64,000 nt of DNA from Tubulanus polymorphus. Lineage: Eukaryota; Animalia; Nemertea. The stretch covers positions 6,540,600 to 6,604,599 of the forward strand of contig NC_134036.1 in NCBI RefSeq assembly GCF_964204645.1, read 5' to 3'. The notes under the pieces were generated by a model that did no database searches, was not told where the DNA came from, and saw nothing but the letters and a program-made list of their open reading frames with translations. This document shows positions 28,124-39,171 of the stretch, piece by piece; the first letter of the stretch is position 1; every line of letters begins with the position of its first letter. Position numbers and translations under genes: made by a program.

Positions 28124-30950
28124 GGTGGTAGTACCCCACAAATTCTATTTCCTTTAATAAAGGAGTTACCCCATTCAACCTGATATATATCTAATTGGTA
28201 TAGAAAATGTAATTTATCAAACTTGAGAATTTTCCAATCTTGACCTGATTATGCAAATATGACCTAATTTGCATATGAAAGTGACAAATATCAGGGTATC
28301 AATAAAACAGCCCTCATTTCGAAAAAAGTTGAGGTAACTTCATTCTGTAAACTGTTATTTGTTTCAAATAATCATATCTAGTGCCTGTACCACTTTGGTT
28401 ACTGAACTCCCAAGGAATTTTTGCTCATCCAATAGTTTATTCCCCAAGATTGAATTTCAAAATTTCTGTCACCTAATTAATATGCACATGTCTTATAAAT
28501 GGCACATTTGTACTTGTATCACTGTCAAAGTGGTACAGGCACTAGATAAAGTTATTTTCTACGTTCTCTGAAAGTTTGGACAAGTTTCTTTAGAAAATAA
28601 ATGTTTTATGACTATTTCTATTTCCGAAGTCACACCAAAAATTACAAATGAGAAAATTAGTGATAAAAGCTTGTATTAAATGGTTATAGCAATACATAAC
28701 TGAAAAACGATATAAAGTCTCTTAAAATGCACCGGGAGCATATGTAATGCCTTCATGTTCCTCTGCTTTATCGAGATAACCCTTTCGCACTGCTCTTAAA
28801 GTTTTTCTGCGGTTTTTAACGGGTTCGCTAGATTTTCGGATCGACTCATTCAACCGTGATGTGTCGTCGACAGAACAAGCTTTAATAGTAAAACGTCCAG
28901 GAAGAATATCCATATCTTCAAATAGTTTTATACACACATTAGCTCCATCATTATAGTTACAAACAGCTGAATACACACCGATTTCGATAACTTCTCGCTC
29001 AACATACACGGTTTTGGGCACACGCTCCCAGACGCATCCATTTAAACGTTCATTTCCATTTTGTGTTTCACCATGCAGACACTTTTTAAGCAGATCTTCT
29101 TTTGAAAGATCTGCATAAACTGGCTCTAGCAGCTTGTATATAGGTTCTGCTAGGCCATGTCTATGCTTATATGTGTCTTTGTCCTTGACAAAACCACACC
29201 AGGAGTCCTCACCGATAGGACACAGATCGTGAAGTGGAACCTCATCGGTAGAGGCAACATGTCTGAGACTCGCCCACACCGCTTTCTGCATTGCAGGGAC
29301 AGATTCATGATTGTTTCGCAATGCAATGCCAAAATAGTTCTGTAAGATATCTATCTTGGTATCTGTTAGACGACCACGTCCGCTTAAACCTTTACCATCT
29401 GACAATTTTTTGCCCCGCCAGTTTGTTTTTAGGGTTCGACACCTTGTTCCGCATCTCTTCTGGACATGGCCAAGACACTCTAATTTCTCCAAAGAAACAT
29501 CAGGACCATATGGTTGACACTCTTGGACTTTCGCAAATGTTGAGGAATCCCCATCGCCTAACATTTTTGTGTATCGAAGACCTCGGTTTATTTCGGATCG
29601 AGTGAAGATTCGAACGGCACCAACATTTTCCATGCTGCTGGCAGAGCCTTTATGATTTATCTTACACACTGGAGGATGAGTTGCTAACCAGTTTCTGTAA
29701 GATAAAGACTCTTTGTCTACGGTTGTACTGTTCATATTTTGGCAAGATTTGCATTTGTCCGAGAGAACTTCTACATCTAGACACTTTTTGTTGCCGCCGA
29801 CTGCCAAACAAGTTACCAGTCCATTGTGTGAAGTACGTCCACGCTTTTGCCAGGAGCCATCAGTTGATACACATATATCTCTTGTACCATCCTCACTTAT
29901 TTCATAAGCTGCCGCATTCATCGAATCTTCAGCAAGAGCTTTATAGGCTTTATGAAGATGTTGCTGGATTCTTGAATAATTCTTCTTCGTCATTGGTGGT
30001 GGCATGTTCAAGAAACGACAGAAGTCAACTATAGCATTTCTACCTTTGCCAAATTCACAAAACGCAGCTGCAACTCGTAAATTAACTTCAAAATACTGAC
30101 TTTTGGTTTGACTAGTGGTCTTTTCTGAGGTAAATGTACTAATACACCAGTCACAAGAGTCACTAAAACATGATACACAGAACTTATGAGCAAGTCCATT
30201 CTTCGCAGATAGATCGATGAACATGTTGACATTTGACCCACAGTCAGGACATGAAATTAATTCTTTTAAAAAGTTTTTCAAAGTATTAATGTTGAAAAGC
30301 ACAAATCCTTCATCACAGTGGTTGTTTTCATCATTCAGATTGTATTTATCATCCAGATCTCCCAATTTCGAATGTGTTGATTTATTTTCATGGGCGCCGC
30401 CATCTTGGATTTTCTTTCTATATTGATTCCCCTTGAATTTAGGCTTTTTCTTACTCTTTTGGTTCTTTCTGTTTGCCATAACCAGTTAAATGTTTATCTC
30501 TGGACTGTTGTATATCTTTTTTATGTTGATTTCAGTCTTGATTGGTATCAGAAATCAATATAAATATCGTAAAATATTCAATCCGAGCACAAAGTGTAGA
30601 CAATAAACTTCTCGAGTTACTGCAGACACAGCGCAATGGCCTTTGTGTCCTCATAAGGCATCTTTGCTGATTCCAATAAAACAAGAACTGGTTGATGAAA
30701 TGTCGAAATTTTTAAAAAAATATCTTGAAAAATCAAGGTTTTACAGGGTTCCAAACCCGTTGCTATGCGTATCCAAGGACAAATGAATTTGCCAATTTTT
30801 TTTCAAAATCAAATTTTAGCATAGAAAATCATTTTTTTCTTATCCAAACCACCAGAATATGATAATTAACAGTCTTAACTAGTTAATACTTCCCAAAATT
30901 GAAAAATCATAATAATTTTACTTTTCTTCGATTTGTGGGGTACTACCACC
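28124..30950 (-). mobile_element. Full-length Kolobok-type DNA transposon, 2827 bp
   Basis: Perfect 20-bp TIR ggtggtagtaccccacaaat/atttgtggggtactaccacc with TTAA TSD. The empty site gcgaatcattaaggctaa is visible in paralogous LTRs near 36957 and 56262. Confidence 0.9.
28722..30479 (-). CDS. DDE transposase (Kolobok/Mutator-like-domain type), 585 aa, intact
   Basis: N-terminal CxxC...CxxxxC motif, DGSWQKRG, LGDGDS, KLECLGHVQKR, TQNGNERLN; lies inside the TIRs. Confidence 0.9.
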   Translation of the reverse strand: MANRKNQKSKKKPKFKGNQYRKKIQDGGAHENKSTHSKLGDLDDKYNLNDENNHCDEGFVLFNINTLKNFLKELISCPDCGSNVNMFIDLSAKNGLAHKFCVSCFSDSCDWCISTFTSEKTTSQTKSQYFEVNLRVAAAFCEFGKGRNAIVDFCRFLNMPPPMTKKNYSRIQQHLHKAYKALAEDSMNAAAYEISEDGTRDICVSTDGSWQKRGRTSHNGLVTCLAVGGNKKCLDVEVLSDKCKSCQNMNSTTVDKESLSYRNWLATHPPVCKINHKGSASSMENVGAVRIFTRSEINRGLRYTKMLGDGDSSTFAKVQECQPYGPDVSLEKLECLGHVQKRCGTRCRTLKTNWRGKKLSDGKGLSGRGRLTDTKIDILQNYFGIALRNNHESVPAMQKAVWASLRHVASTDEVPLHDLCPIGEDSWCGFVKDKDTYKHRHGLAEPIYKLLEPVYADLSKEDLLKKCLHGETQNGNERLNGCVWERVPKTVYVEREVIEIGVYSAVCNYNDGANVCIKLFEDMDILPGRFTIKACSVDDTSRLNESIRKSSEPVKNRRKTLRAVRKGYLDKAEEHEGITYAPGAF

Positions 30951-31470
30951 TTAAGGCTAAATTCTATGTGACAAAAACAGTCATGACAGTAAGGTTGCTG
31001 CTCCTTGCCAAAAGTCGAGTGGGAGAGTCGGTATTTTAAGAATGCCGATTCTTTCTATAAAAGGGACCCGCATCTTGAGAGAGCAGACACTCAAGACACT
31101 CAAAAGACACTCGATAGAGATTCGATAGTTACTTGTTAAAAGCTTGTTTGGGACTTAATTCAGGACGGGTTACCAGCAGGTGAGTGCAATAGAAATTTAG
31201 AGCTAGGATTTGGATTGTGTTAAACTAAAGAGCTGAGTTTAAATATTAAGGTAAATAAATTCATCTTGTATTGTTATATCCATTCAAAATTTCCGGTATT
31301 CTAGTTTTACTTGGGTTTGTGCGCGGACACATTCTCTCGCCAGGGACCGATTATTGCTTATATTATTATACGACTAAGGAGAGGATTGTGACCGGCGTAT
31401 CAGTATAACACACGAGTCCATATTCAAAGGATCCATCATACACACCATTTTTATATATAAAGGATTTATA

Positions 31471-32204
31471 ATGGATTCTGTAGAATTTTTCGGTAAGCAA
31501 CAATATCTTTTCTCTTTTTTATTTGTATTTTTTTCAAGTTCTACTTCTATACTTTTTACTTCTAAACCCTTTTTTCATTACAATAGGTATCCTGAATCCA
31601 TTTTTTCCTAATTGAGCTTATTTGGTACTAAATATGCTGTTTGGCTTTATCGCCACGCAGCCCGGTAAGACCAATCAACTAAATATCACTATCATTTATG
31701 ATTTTCAGATATCAATTTCACAATCTTTTACTTTTTCAACCATTGGTAACAAAATTATTTCAATTTAGGTGACCGATACCGGTTACTGGAAATAATACTG
31801 GGGGCGATTACCGAAATCCGTACATCGGATCCAGGTATAGAACTAATATTAATTTATTCAGTTACTGAATTTCTTCACTCGCCAATTCGTAGCAATTCGC
31901 TTCATAACCATATTTACAATTTTAACATAACCATAACATTTCAAATTATAATAAATACACAATTGTTACTTAAATCCAACTTTCAGCCTCATCTGTGCCT
32001 GGACGTGCCCCCAGGGCCCAAACTCCTGTCCCTTTCGTGGGCACGCGGAAGAGCAAACGAAAGAGCAAGGGGAAGTCAAGCAGCTTCCCTACACGTCATC
32101 ATCCCTATTCCCGACCTCTCAACCCGTCATCAAGTTCGGGTGTAGATCCTGTACCGTCTGGTTCAGGTCTACAGCCCCTACAGTTGATCAGGGATGATGA
32201 CTGA
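31471..32204 (+). CDS. Micro-exon antisense gene of an LTR element, subtype D; 3' end runs into minisatellite
   Basis: Exons 31471-31492, 31617-31664, 31769-31834, 31987-32204, all phase-1 GT-AG. Product MDSVEFFAYLVLNMLFGFIATQPGDRYRLLEIILGAITEIRTSDPASSVPGRAP...RKSKRKSKGK...RHHPYSR. Confidence 0.75.
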
Positions 32205-32941
32205 GGGTACAGTACAATCAGTTTGTAAGGGGGGAGATGACTGAGGTTACAATGCAATCAGTCTGCAAGGAGAGATGACTGAGGGTACAGTACAATCAGT
32301 ATGCAAGGGGAGATGACTGAGGGTACAGTACAATCAGTCTGTAAGGGGAGATGACTGATGGTACAGCACAATCAGTCTACAAGGAGAGATGACTGAGGGT
32401 ACAGTGCAATCAGTATGCATGGGGAGATGACTGAGGGTACAGTACAATCAGTCTGCAAGGAGAGATGACTGAGGGTACAGTACAATCAGTATGCAAGGGG
32501 AGATGACTGAGGGTACAGTACAATCAGTTTGTGAGGGGATATCACTGAGGGTCCAGTACAATAAGTCTGTAAGGGGAGATTGCTGATGGTACAGTACAAT
32601 CATTCTGCAAGGAGAAATGACTGAGGGTACAGTACAATCAGTCTGCAAGGAGAGATGACTGAGGGTACAGTACAATCAGTCTGCAAGGGGAGATAGATGA
32701 CTGAGGGTACAGTACAATCAGTTTGTAAGGGGAGATGACTGAGGGTACAGCACAATCAGTCTGCAAGGGGAGATGACTGAGGTTACAGCACAATCAGTCT
32801 GCAAGGGGAGATAGATGACTGAGGGTACAGTACAATCAGTTTGTAAGGGGATATCACTGAGGGTACAGTACAACCAGTATGCAATGGGAGATGACTGAGG
32901 GTACAGTACAATCAGTATGCAAGGGGAGATGACTGAGGGTA
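32191..32941. repeat. 38-bp minisatellite array
   Basis: Unit ggggagatgactgagggtacagtacaatcagtctgcaa. Confidence 0.97.
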
Positions 32942-33540
32942 TGTTGTGGGGTTTTTTTTCCCAGTGTCGTGTGTTGACCACCTGTGTTGTTTGCGTTTCA
33001 CCAGCGTAGTTCCTTGGGGTTCTTCTCATAAAATAACTACAACTAGCTTTCTTCTACCGATCCAGATCTTTATTCTTTATACTCTCTTCTTACAATCTTT
33101 CTAGCACGTCTCCTCTAGTTCTAACCACTAGCTCAACCGACCTAGCTCTACCGACCCAGCTTTTATCGACCATACTCCATTAAAACCCTCCCTTTTTATA
33201 CTTATTCTTCCTTCGCTCGTGACGTATATTTCCACACCGCTTGGCATCATAGCCTGTGACGTATTATCGTATTACTACAGTTCTACTTGCCATGTAAATC
33301 ATTTCTACGTGTGTTATACGTCACGAGCGCTAAATTTTTAACTCAACTTTCTAGAGCTCAAGGCTGCTGCTATAACAAGCTTTCCCACGTAGACACCTAC
33401 GTCACTCCACCTATCTTCTATGCTTCTCTCTTATGTGTGACGTAAGTATTCACGTAGGTTGTCTGCTTACCGCAACTACTGCCTTGAACTCCGGCTTTTT
33501 TTCCGGTTGTTTAAATAGGTAATTTATTCCTCCAAAACCA

Positions 33541-33551
33541 TCCCCCTTTCC
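33541..33551 (-). promoter_or_regulatory. Polypurine tract
   Basis: tccccctttcc on + strand immediately inside the LTR; equivalents near 40438, 43601, 50224 and 53393. Confidence 0.7.
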
Positions 33552-33983
33552 AGACGATTGGACCCCCAATTGCAAAAAAATTACTGGCCCGTTTGCATTT
33601 CCGAAGATTTTTGTTCAAATTTTTGTTTTGTTAAAAGAGCCGCAGCCAGCAAAAGTGCAAAATCAGTACCCCTTACTTTGATGAACAATTTTTTTTTCTA
33701 ACAACTTCTTTCACCTCTTGAACTTTATCGTAAGGTAATAAAAATGGTACTTCATGATAAATGATATAACAATCTTGCAACTGATGCACATAAATTTTCA
33801 ACATCTGGATGGTAGAGAGAGAAAAAAAACCCTTTATTTTTTTTCCTTCTGACCAGCAACGATAACATTACACCTGGCCAGAAAGTCACCCTTGATACTG
33901 AGTACAATTCCGATCTCTTAAACATTTTACTTCCATCCGCCATATAGACAAAACCATCATCACCATCCGGATTAGCATTTACA

Positions 33984-35281
33984 ATGGACCCAATAGAGTT
34001 TTTCGGTAAGCAACTTATTTTAGATACTTTAAACTAACACACCAATAATTCTGTACAGTTTTATCGTTACATGCGATAATACATTTATGCGCCACTCTTG
34101 CACTTTGTTATTTTAATCGGTCACATCGACCCTGATAAGATCTATCAACCCATGCCTTACTTCTAAAAATGTGAACAATTTAATACTAGAAAAACCTTGA
34201 ATTTTAACAATATTAGTCATGTAACTATAATTATTAATCGTAAATACGTTAATTGCACCTCAGTCCATTCCATTACCGTTGTATTATAATATGCAACAAT
34301 ACTTTTATATATACTATTCTTTTTTTTCTCCATTATATATGTTAATCATCATTACCAAGGTACTGTACGGCAACGTACTAATACTGTGCTTCAAAGCATG
34401 AAGTATATAAGATTAGAAACCTCAAAATTAACAACATATATATCCCATTCTGTCATATTTTTTTTTTCATATCAGCCTCACTGGTCCTACACATGCTGTA
34501 TGGCTTCATACTAGCGCAGCCCGGTAAGACTTCTTAATTCATTTTATGTACTAAAAAACAATTTATAATTGCTTTTCTAACATACTTTTGTAACGCAGGC
34601 GATCGACAGAAATTATTAAATATAATTCGGGCTGCCACTACTGACTTACGCGCCACTTTTTCAGGTATACATTCTATATATCTTTCTTTATAACTATAGT
34701 TCATACGTATTTATTTATTCATTTCGTATACCATTAGTTATATCAGGGAAGTGTGATGAGATGATGATGCGCATCACACTTCCCTGGTTATATGTTCTAA
34801 TTCTAATAACTATACAATCGCAACGCCACGAACACAATTCCACATGTTACCTGTACATACATTGTTTATTTACTTAGGGCTCTCAGTTCCATTCACCCCT
34901 CCCCCAACACGAGGGCAACATACGGCGCGGCAAAGGGGCACGGGATGGGGGCAACCAAGCGGCGGCACCCTCCGCATGCACCCCTATTTCCGTCGTACTA
35001 ACGCGCCCACAGACCGGAGCGTGGACCCCTCACCCTCCGGTCTGGGGCCACAGTCTCTACCCCATAACCGCATGTCTTCATCCCCCAGTACCTCTTCTCC
35101 CAATCCAACTCTCTTCCTCGACCTCTCTCAGCACCCCCTCCTATCACTTGGAGTTCCCGATTCCCCTCCTGTACCTGATTCCCCTTTTTTACCTGATTCC
35201 CATTCCAAATATCCCATTCTTCACATCCCTGATACCCCTGCCAGCCCTTCTGCAAGCAGCACCTCTAGTTCTAACCACTAG
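33984..35281 (+). CDS. Micro-exon antisense gene, subtype B, 179 aa
   Basis: Exons 33984-34005, 34476-34523, 34599-34664, 34878-35281. Product MDPIEFFASLVLHMLYGFILAQPGDRQKLLNIIRAATTDLRATFSGLSVPFTPPP...RMHPYFRR followed by a Ser/Pro-rich tail. Confidence 0.75.
34744..34786. mobile_element. 43-bp mini DNA transposon
   Basis: Perfect 15-bp TIR cagggaagtgtgatg/catcacacttccctg and 7-bp duplication gttatat. Absent from paralogs near 44800 and 54590. Confidence 0.8.
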
Positions 35282-35822
35282 CTCAACCGACCTAGCTCTA
35301 CCGACCCAGCTTTTTCGACCACACTCCATTAAAACCCTTCCTTTTCATACTTATTCTTCATTCGCTCGTGACGTATATTTCCACACCACTTGGGATCATA
35401 GCCAGTGACGTATTATCATATTAATACAGTTCTACTGGCTACGTAAATCATTTCTACATGTGTTATACGTCACGAGCGCTAAATTTATAACTCAACTTTC
35501 TAGAGCTCAAGGCTGCTGCTATAACAAGCTTTCCCACGTAGATACCTACGTCACTCTCACCTAAATTCTATGCTTCTCTCTTATGTGTGACGTAAGTATT
35601 CACGTAGGTTGCCTGCTTACTGCAACTACTGCCTTGAACTCCGGCTTATTTTCCCGTTGTCTAAATAGGTAATTTATTAGGGGAGATTAGGTAAGGGGAG
35701 ATGACTGAGGTGAACTCAACCGTAAAGCAATAAAGCATAATGTCATCTTCATCAGCAATATCTCTGCTAAAAATATACCTATTTATATATAATAAATACG
35801 ATTCCCAATCTTTAGTTAGCGT

Positions 35823-38362
35823 TGATCCACAGCTAGATTTTCGTAGTATTTGAAAATGTTTCGTAGTATTTAGAAATGTTCTTAATGTTGTTTCCGTATG
35901 CGTGGGGGTTACGTTAAAGCCGTCAGACAAGAACGTACTAGTAGTAAGAATTACGAAAGTTCTTGTTTGATGCTTTCATCTATCAACGCAAACCATAAAT
36001 CAGTCTATAAACAACAATTCTTTCTCGGTTCTTCTGCTGTGAGATCTGGCAAACATTCAGAAAATCTTTATATAAAACTTTTAAATACTTGGAACCATAT
36101 TTGGTTGGGTCGGAACAATGGAGTGTATTGATCCGCAGCAAGATTCCGTAGTAACTAAAAAAATGTTTGTAATGATGGTTTTTTGTTTGCGTTGGTGGTT
36201 TCTTTATGGGTATCAGACAGCAAACGATGTGTGCAAGTTGTTGTTTGATGCTTTGATCTATCAGCGCTGACAATAAATCAGCCAGGGGTAAAAATAATTC
36301 TTTCTCGGTTCTTGTGCTGCGATATCTGGCAAACATTCAGAATTATTTTTAAACTTAAGGATAGACGGAACTGTAATTGGTTGGGTCGGAACGATGAGGT
36401 GCTTTGATAATGTGGTTTGTGCAGGGATCTCGCTGTTACTTCTTGATACTCCCGACTACTTTCTATAAAAGGAAGAACCGGAAGTATAGGAAGACATTGT
36501 TGTTTTGCTTTATCCTGTATTATAATAGAGTTAGTTAAATTATAAATGAAAATTGGTATAATAAGTATAGGATGATTTTAGATTTGATAATTAATTACAT
36601 TGTATTTCTGAATCAAAAGTTTACTATTGTTAATTGGAAAAAGAAACGATGAGTTTGTTCCATAATCTAGGTGAAAACTAAGTTTTGAAAATATATCTAA
36701 ATTAAGTATCCTGGATGTTAATTAAGGACAAGACCTTTATAATCGCTTAAGTTTTATGGAAGTTTAATGGTGGCAAATATCAATACTAGCTCTCTAAGGT
36801 TTCTGTTGGTGTACATGTCTGTTGGTAACTCGTAGAGAATAGCTGCTCTCTCAACGATGATGAGTAGGGAGTGAGTAAATCAAAGCGCGTCATGACAGGA
36901 GGGTTGGAAAGAAAAGTTACTTTGGCAAATCAGTTTCTCAAATAATTTTAGATTAGCGAATCATTAAGGCTAATTCTACATGTCCAAAACCGTCATGACA
37001 GCTAGGTTGCTGCTCCTTGCCAAAAGTCGAACGGGAGAGTCGGCATTCTAGGAATGCCGATCTTTTCCATAAAAGAGGCCCGCAGTCTTGAGAAAGCAGA
37101 CTTACCAGGGACGCTCGTTAAGATACTTGAGATTTGGGTGGAAATACCAGAATTAAGACGGGTTGCCAACAGTAGTGTACGATAGGAATTTGGAGTTAGG
37201 AATTGGACTGTGTACTATCTGGAGATATTACTATCATCAAGGTAAATAAAATCTATATTATTATTATTATATTCAATCAGAATTTCGGCATTTTAGTTTA
37301 ATTATTTGGGTTTGTGCACGGACACGTTCTCTCGCCAGGGACCGATCTTTACGTTTTTATATTCAACGATTAAGGAGAGGATTGTGAGCGGTGTATCAGT
37401 ATTTATAATGAGGCTCGTGAAGGGATCACGCTGATACTTGATGATATTCCCGGCTACTTTCCGTAAAAGGAAAAACCGGAAGTTTAGGAAGATGTGGTTG
37501 TTTTGCTTATTCTGTATTAAAATAGAATTAGTTAAATTGTAGATAAAATAATTAGTATAAGTATTTCAAATAATTTAAGAATTGATAATCAATCACAATG
37601 TATTCCGATCGTAGTTAGTTATAATAATTAAAAAAGAAACAATGAATTTGTACTGTAATTAGAAAAGAAAACAAAGTTTTGAAAAGATATTTAATTTGAG
37701 TAATCTATATGTTGTTTAAGAACAAATTGTTAATAATCGCTAATGTTTTAGAAAAATTAATTTGTGTTAAATGTTAAAACTAGCTGTCTGAAGTTTCTGT
37801 TGTCTGTATGCGCTCGTTGGTAATTCACAGATAATAGCTGCTCTCTCAACAACGACTAGCAAGGAGTGAGTAAATCACAACGCGTCATGACAGGAGGGTT
37901 GGAAGAAAAAGTTTATATCAGCAAATCAGTTTCTAAAAAAAACCTTTAGATCAGCAAATCAGTAGGGCTAAATTTTCCGTAACTAAAAACGGTCATGACA
38001 GTTGGGTAGCTGCTCCTTGCCGAAAAGCGGAAGACCCTGCGTGGGAGAATCGGAATTCTGAGAATGCCGGTTCTTTCTACAAAAGGGGGCCGCTATCGAG
38101 AGGGAGGGCAGAATCTGTACCTTAGTAAGACGAGTGTCGACAGCAGGACAGGAGAAGCTTCGGAACGATAGGGATTCATATACAATAGGGATTAGGAAAA
38201 TCATTCTTTGTTCAACGTAAATAAAATATATTATCTTCAAGATTATCATCCGGTATTTCAATTTATTCATTCGGATTTGTGCACGGACACGTTCTCTCGC
38301 CAGGGCCTTACTCAAGTATTTTATAGATAACGATTAAAAAGAGGATTGTGACCGGTGTATCA
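35823..38362 (+). mobile_element. 5' LTR of family A containing a nested solo LTR
   Basis: Starts tgatcc, ends gtatca, followed by a PBS. Confidence 0.8.
36129..37398 (+). mobile_element. Solo LTR, family A, 1270 bp
   Basis: tgatcc...gtatca ends with 4-bp TSD gtat (36125-36128, 37399-37402). Confidence 0.9.
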
Positions 38363-38363
38363 C

Positions 38364-38376
38364 TGGTGCCGAAACC
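38364..38376 (+). promoter_or_regulatory. Primer binding site, tRNA-Phe
   Basis: tggtgccgaaacc, 1 nt after the LTR end, complementary to the eukaryotic tRNA-Phe 3' end (...GGUUUCGGCACCA). Confidence 0.85.
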
Positions 38377-38429
38377 GTATTGATTAATTATTGTGTCGAG
38401 CTTTTATTACTTGTAATTTATTAATTTTA

Positions 38430-38972
38430 ATGGTTCGAATTTTTACTTGTTCACACTGTGGTTCGAAGAACGCATTCTCAAAGAAGCGCCGCACTCCAGT
38501 AAACAGGCCGACACAGGCATTGTGGGATTCGAACCCACCCCGTGCACGACCATTTCAGATCCCGGAGGAGTATCGGGAACCATTGTGGGATTCGAACCCA
38601 CCGATTAAGCCTTTCGAAATACCGGAAGAGCACCGGGAGCCTTTGTGGGATTCAAACCCACCGATTCCAAAGGCATTAGGTTTGATTGAAGATAATCAGG
38701 AGCCATTGTGGGATACGAACCCACCGCTTACCTCGGTCTCCCCCGCTGAGCCCTTGTGGGAACCAAACCCACGTGCTACACAGCACGAGGCGCCAGCTCT
38801 GGTCACCTTTGGGGATTCGAACCCCTCGGAACGCCGGCGCAGAGTACGGCTGGTAAAGGTGCAAGACAAGTTCGACCCGTTCTGGGTACACTTTTTTCGG
38901 GATTTCGCGAACCCTTACGACTTCATTTTTGGGGATGAAGACGCGAATGGTTACTTTCTTTGCTCAGCCTAA
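38430..38972 (+). CDS. 180-aa unknown protein with CxxCG and about six LWDSNPP-type repeats, in the LTR-A internal region
   Basis: First ORF after the PBS. GC-richer than its flanks. Paralogous motifs at 39172 and ~60272. Confidence 0.6.
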   Translation: MVRIFTCSHCGSKNAFSKKRRTPVNRPTQALWDSNPPRARPFQIPEEYREPLWDSNPPIKPFEIPEEHREPLWDSNPPIPKALGLIEDNQEPLWDTNPPLTSVSPAEPLWEPNPRATQHEAPALVTFGDSNPSERRRRVRLVKVQDKFDPFWVHFFRDFANPYDFIFGDEDANGYFLCSA

Positions 38973-39171
38973 ATAGAGTTGGCTAGAGGGCGTCAATTTT
39001 CTTAATATTATCATTCTAGTATTCAATTGTTAATTAATTATTTATTACTATTTTTAAATTGGTTTAATATTATCATTTAAGTATTTAATTATTGATTAAT
39101 GATTTAATTATTATACAACCAGATTTAACTTATAATTGGTTTGCTATTTTAATATTTTACTATTGTTATAC

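Larger units (their letters stand above)
27414..31402 (+). mobile_element. LTR family A, 5'-truncated copy interrupted by a Kolobok-type element
   Basis: Homologous to solo LTR 36129-37398; ends gaggattgtgaccggcgtatca. Confidence 0.8.
32942..35679 (-). mobile_element. Internally deleted LTR retroelement, family B (3' LTR 32942-33540, PPT, antisense gene, partial 5' LTR ~35262-35679)
   Basis: LTR has TG...CA ends and minus-strand TATAAAA and AATAAA. PPT ggaaaggggga abuts the LTR. A direct repeat of the LTR lies at the right end. Confidence 0.8.

Noticed and set aside
28124-30950. piggyBac assignment from the TTAA TSD
   Set aside because: Ends are GG..CC and the transposase motifs are not piggyBac-like.
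32191-32941. Hammerhead ribozyme (ctga motif) in the minisatellite
   Set aside because: No CTGANGA...GAAA core or three-stem arrangement.
33509-33943. Divergent minus-strand gene (MADGSKM...) head-to-head with the antisense gene
   Set aside because: Frames and stops differ among B copies, and the frame is not conserved in the homologous C region.
38520-38600. tRNA genes
   Set aside because: Only T-arm matches; no D arm, anticodon arm or acceptor stem.
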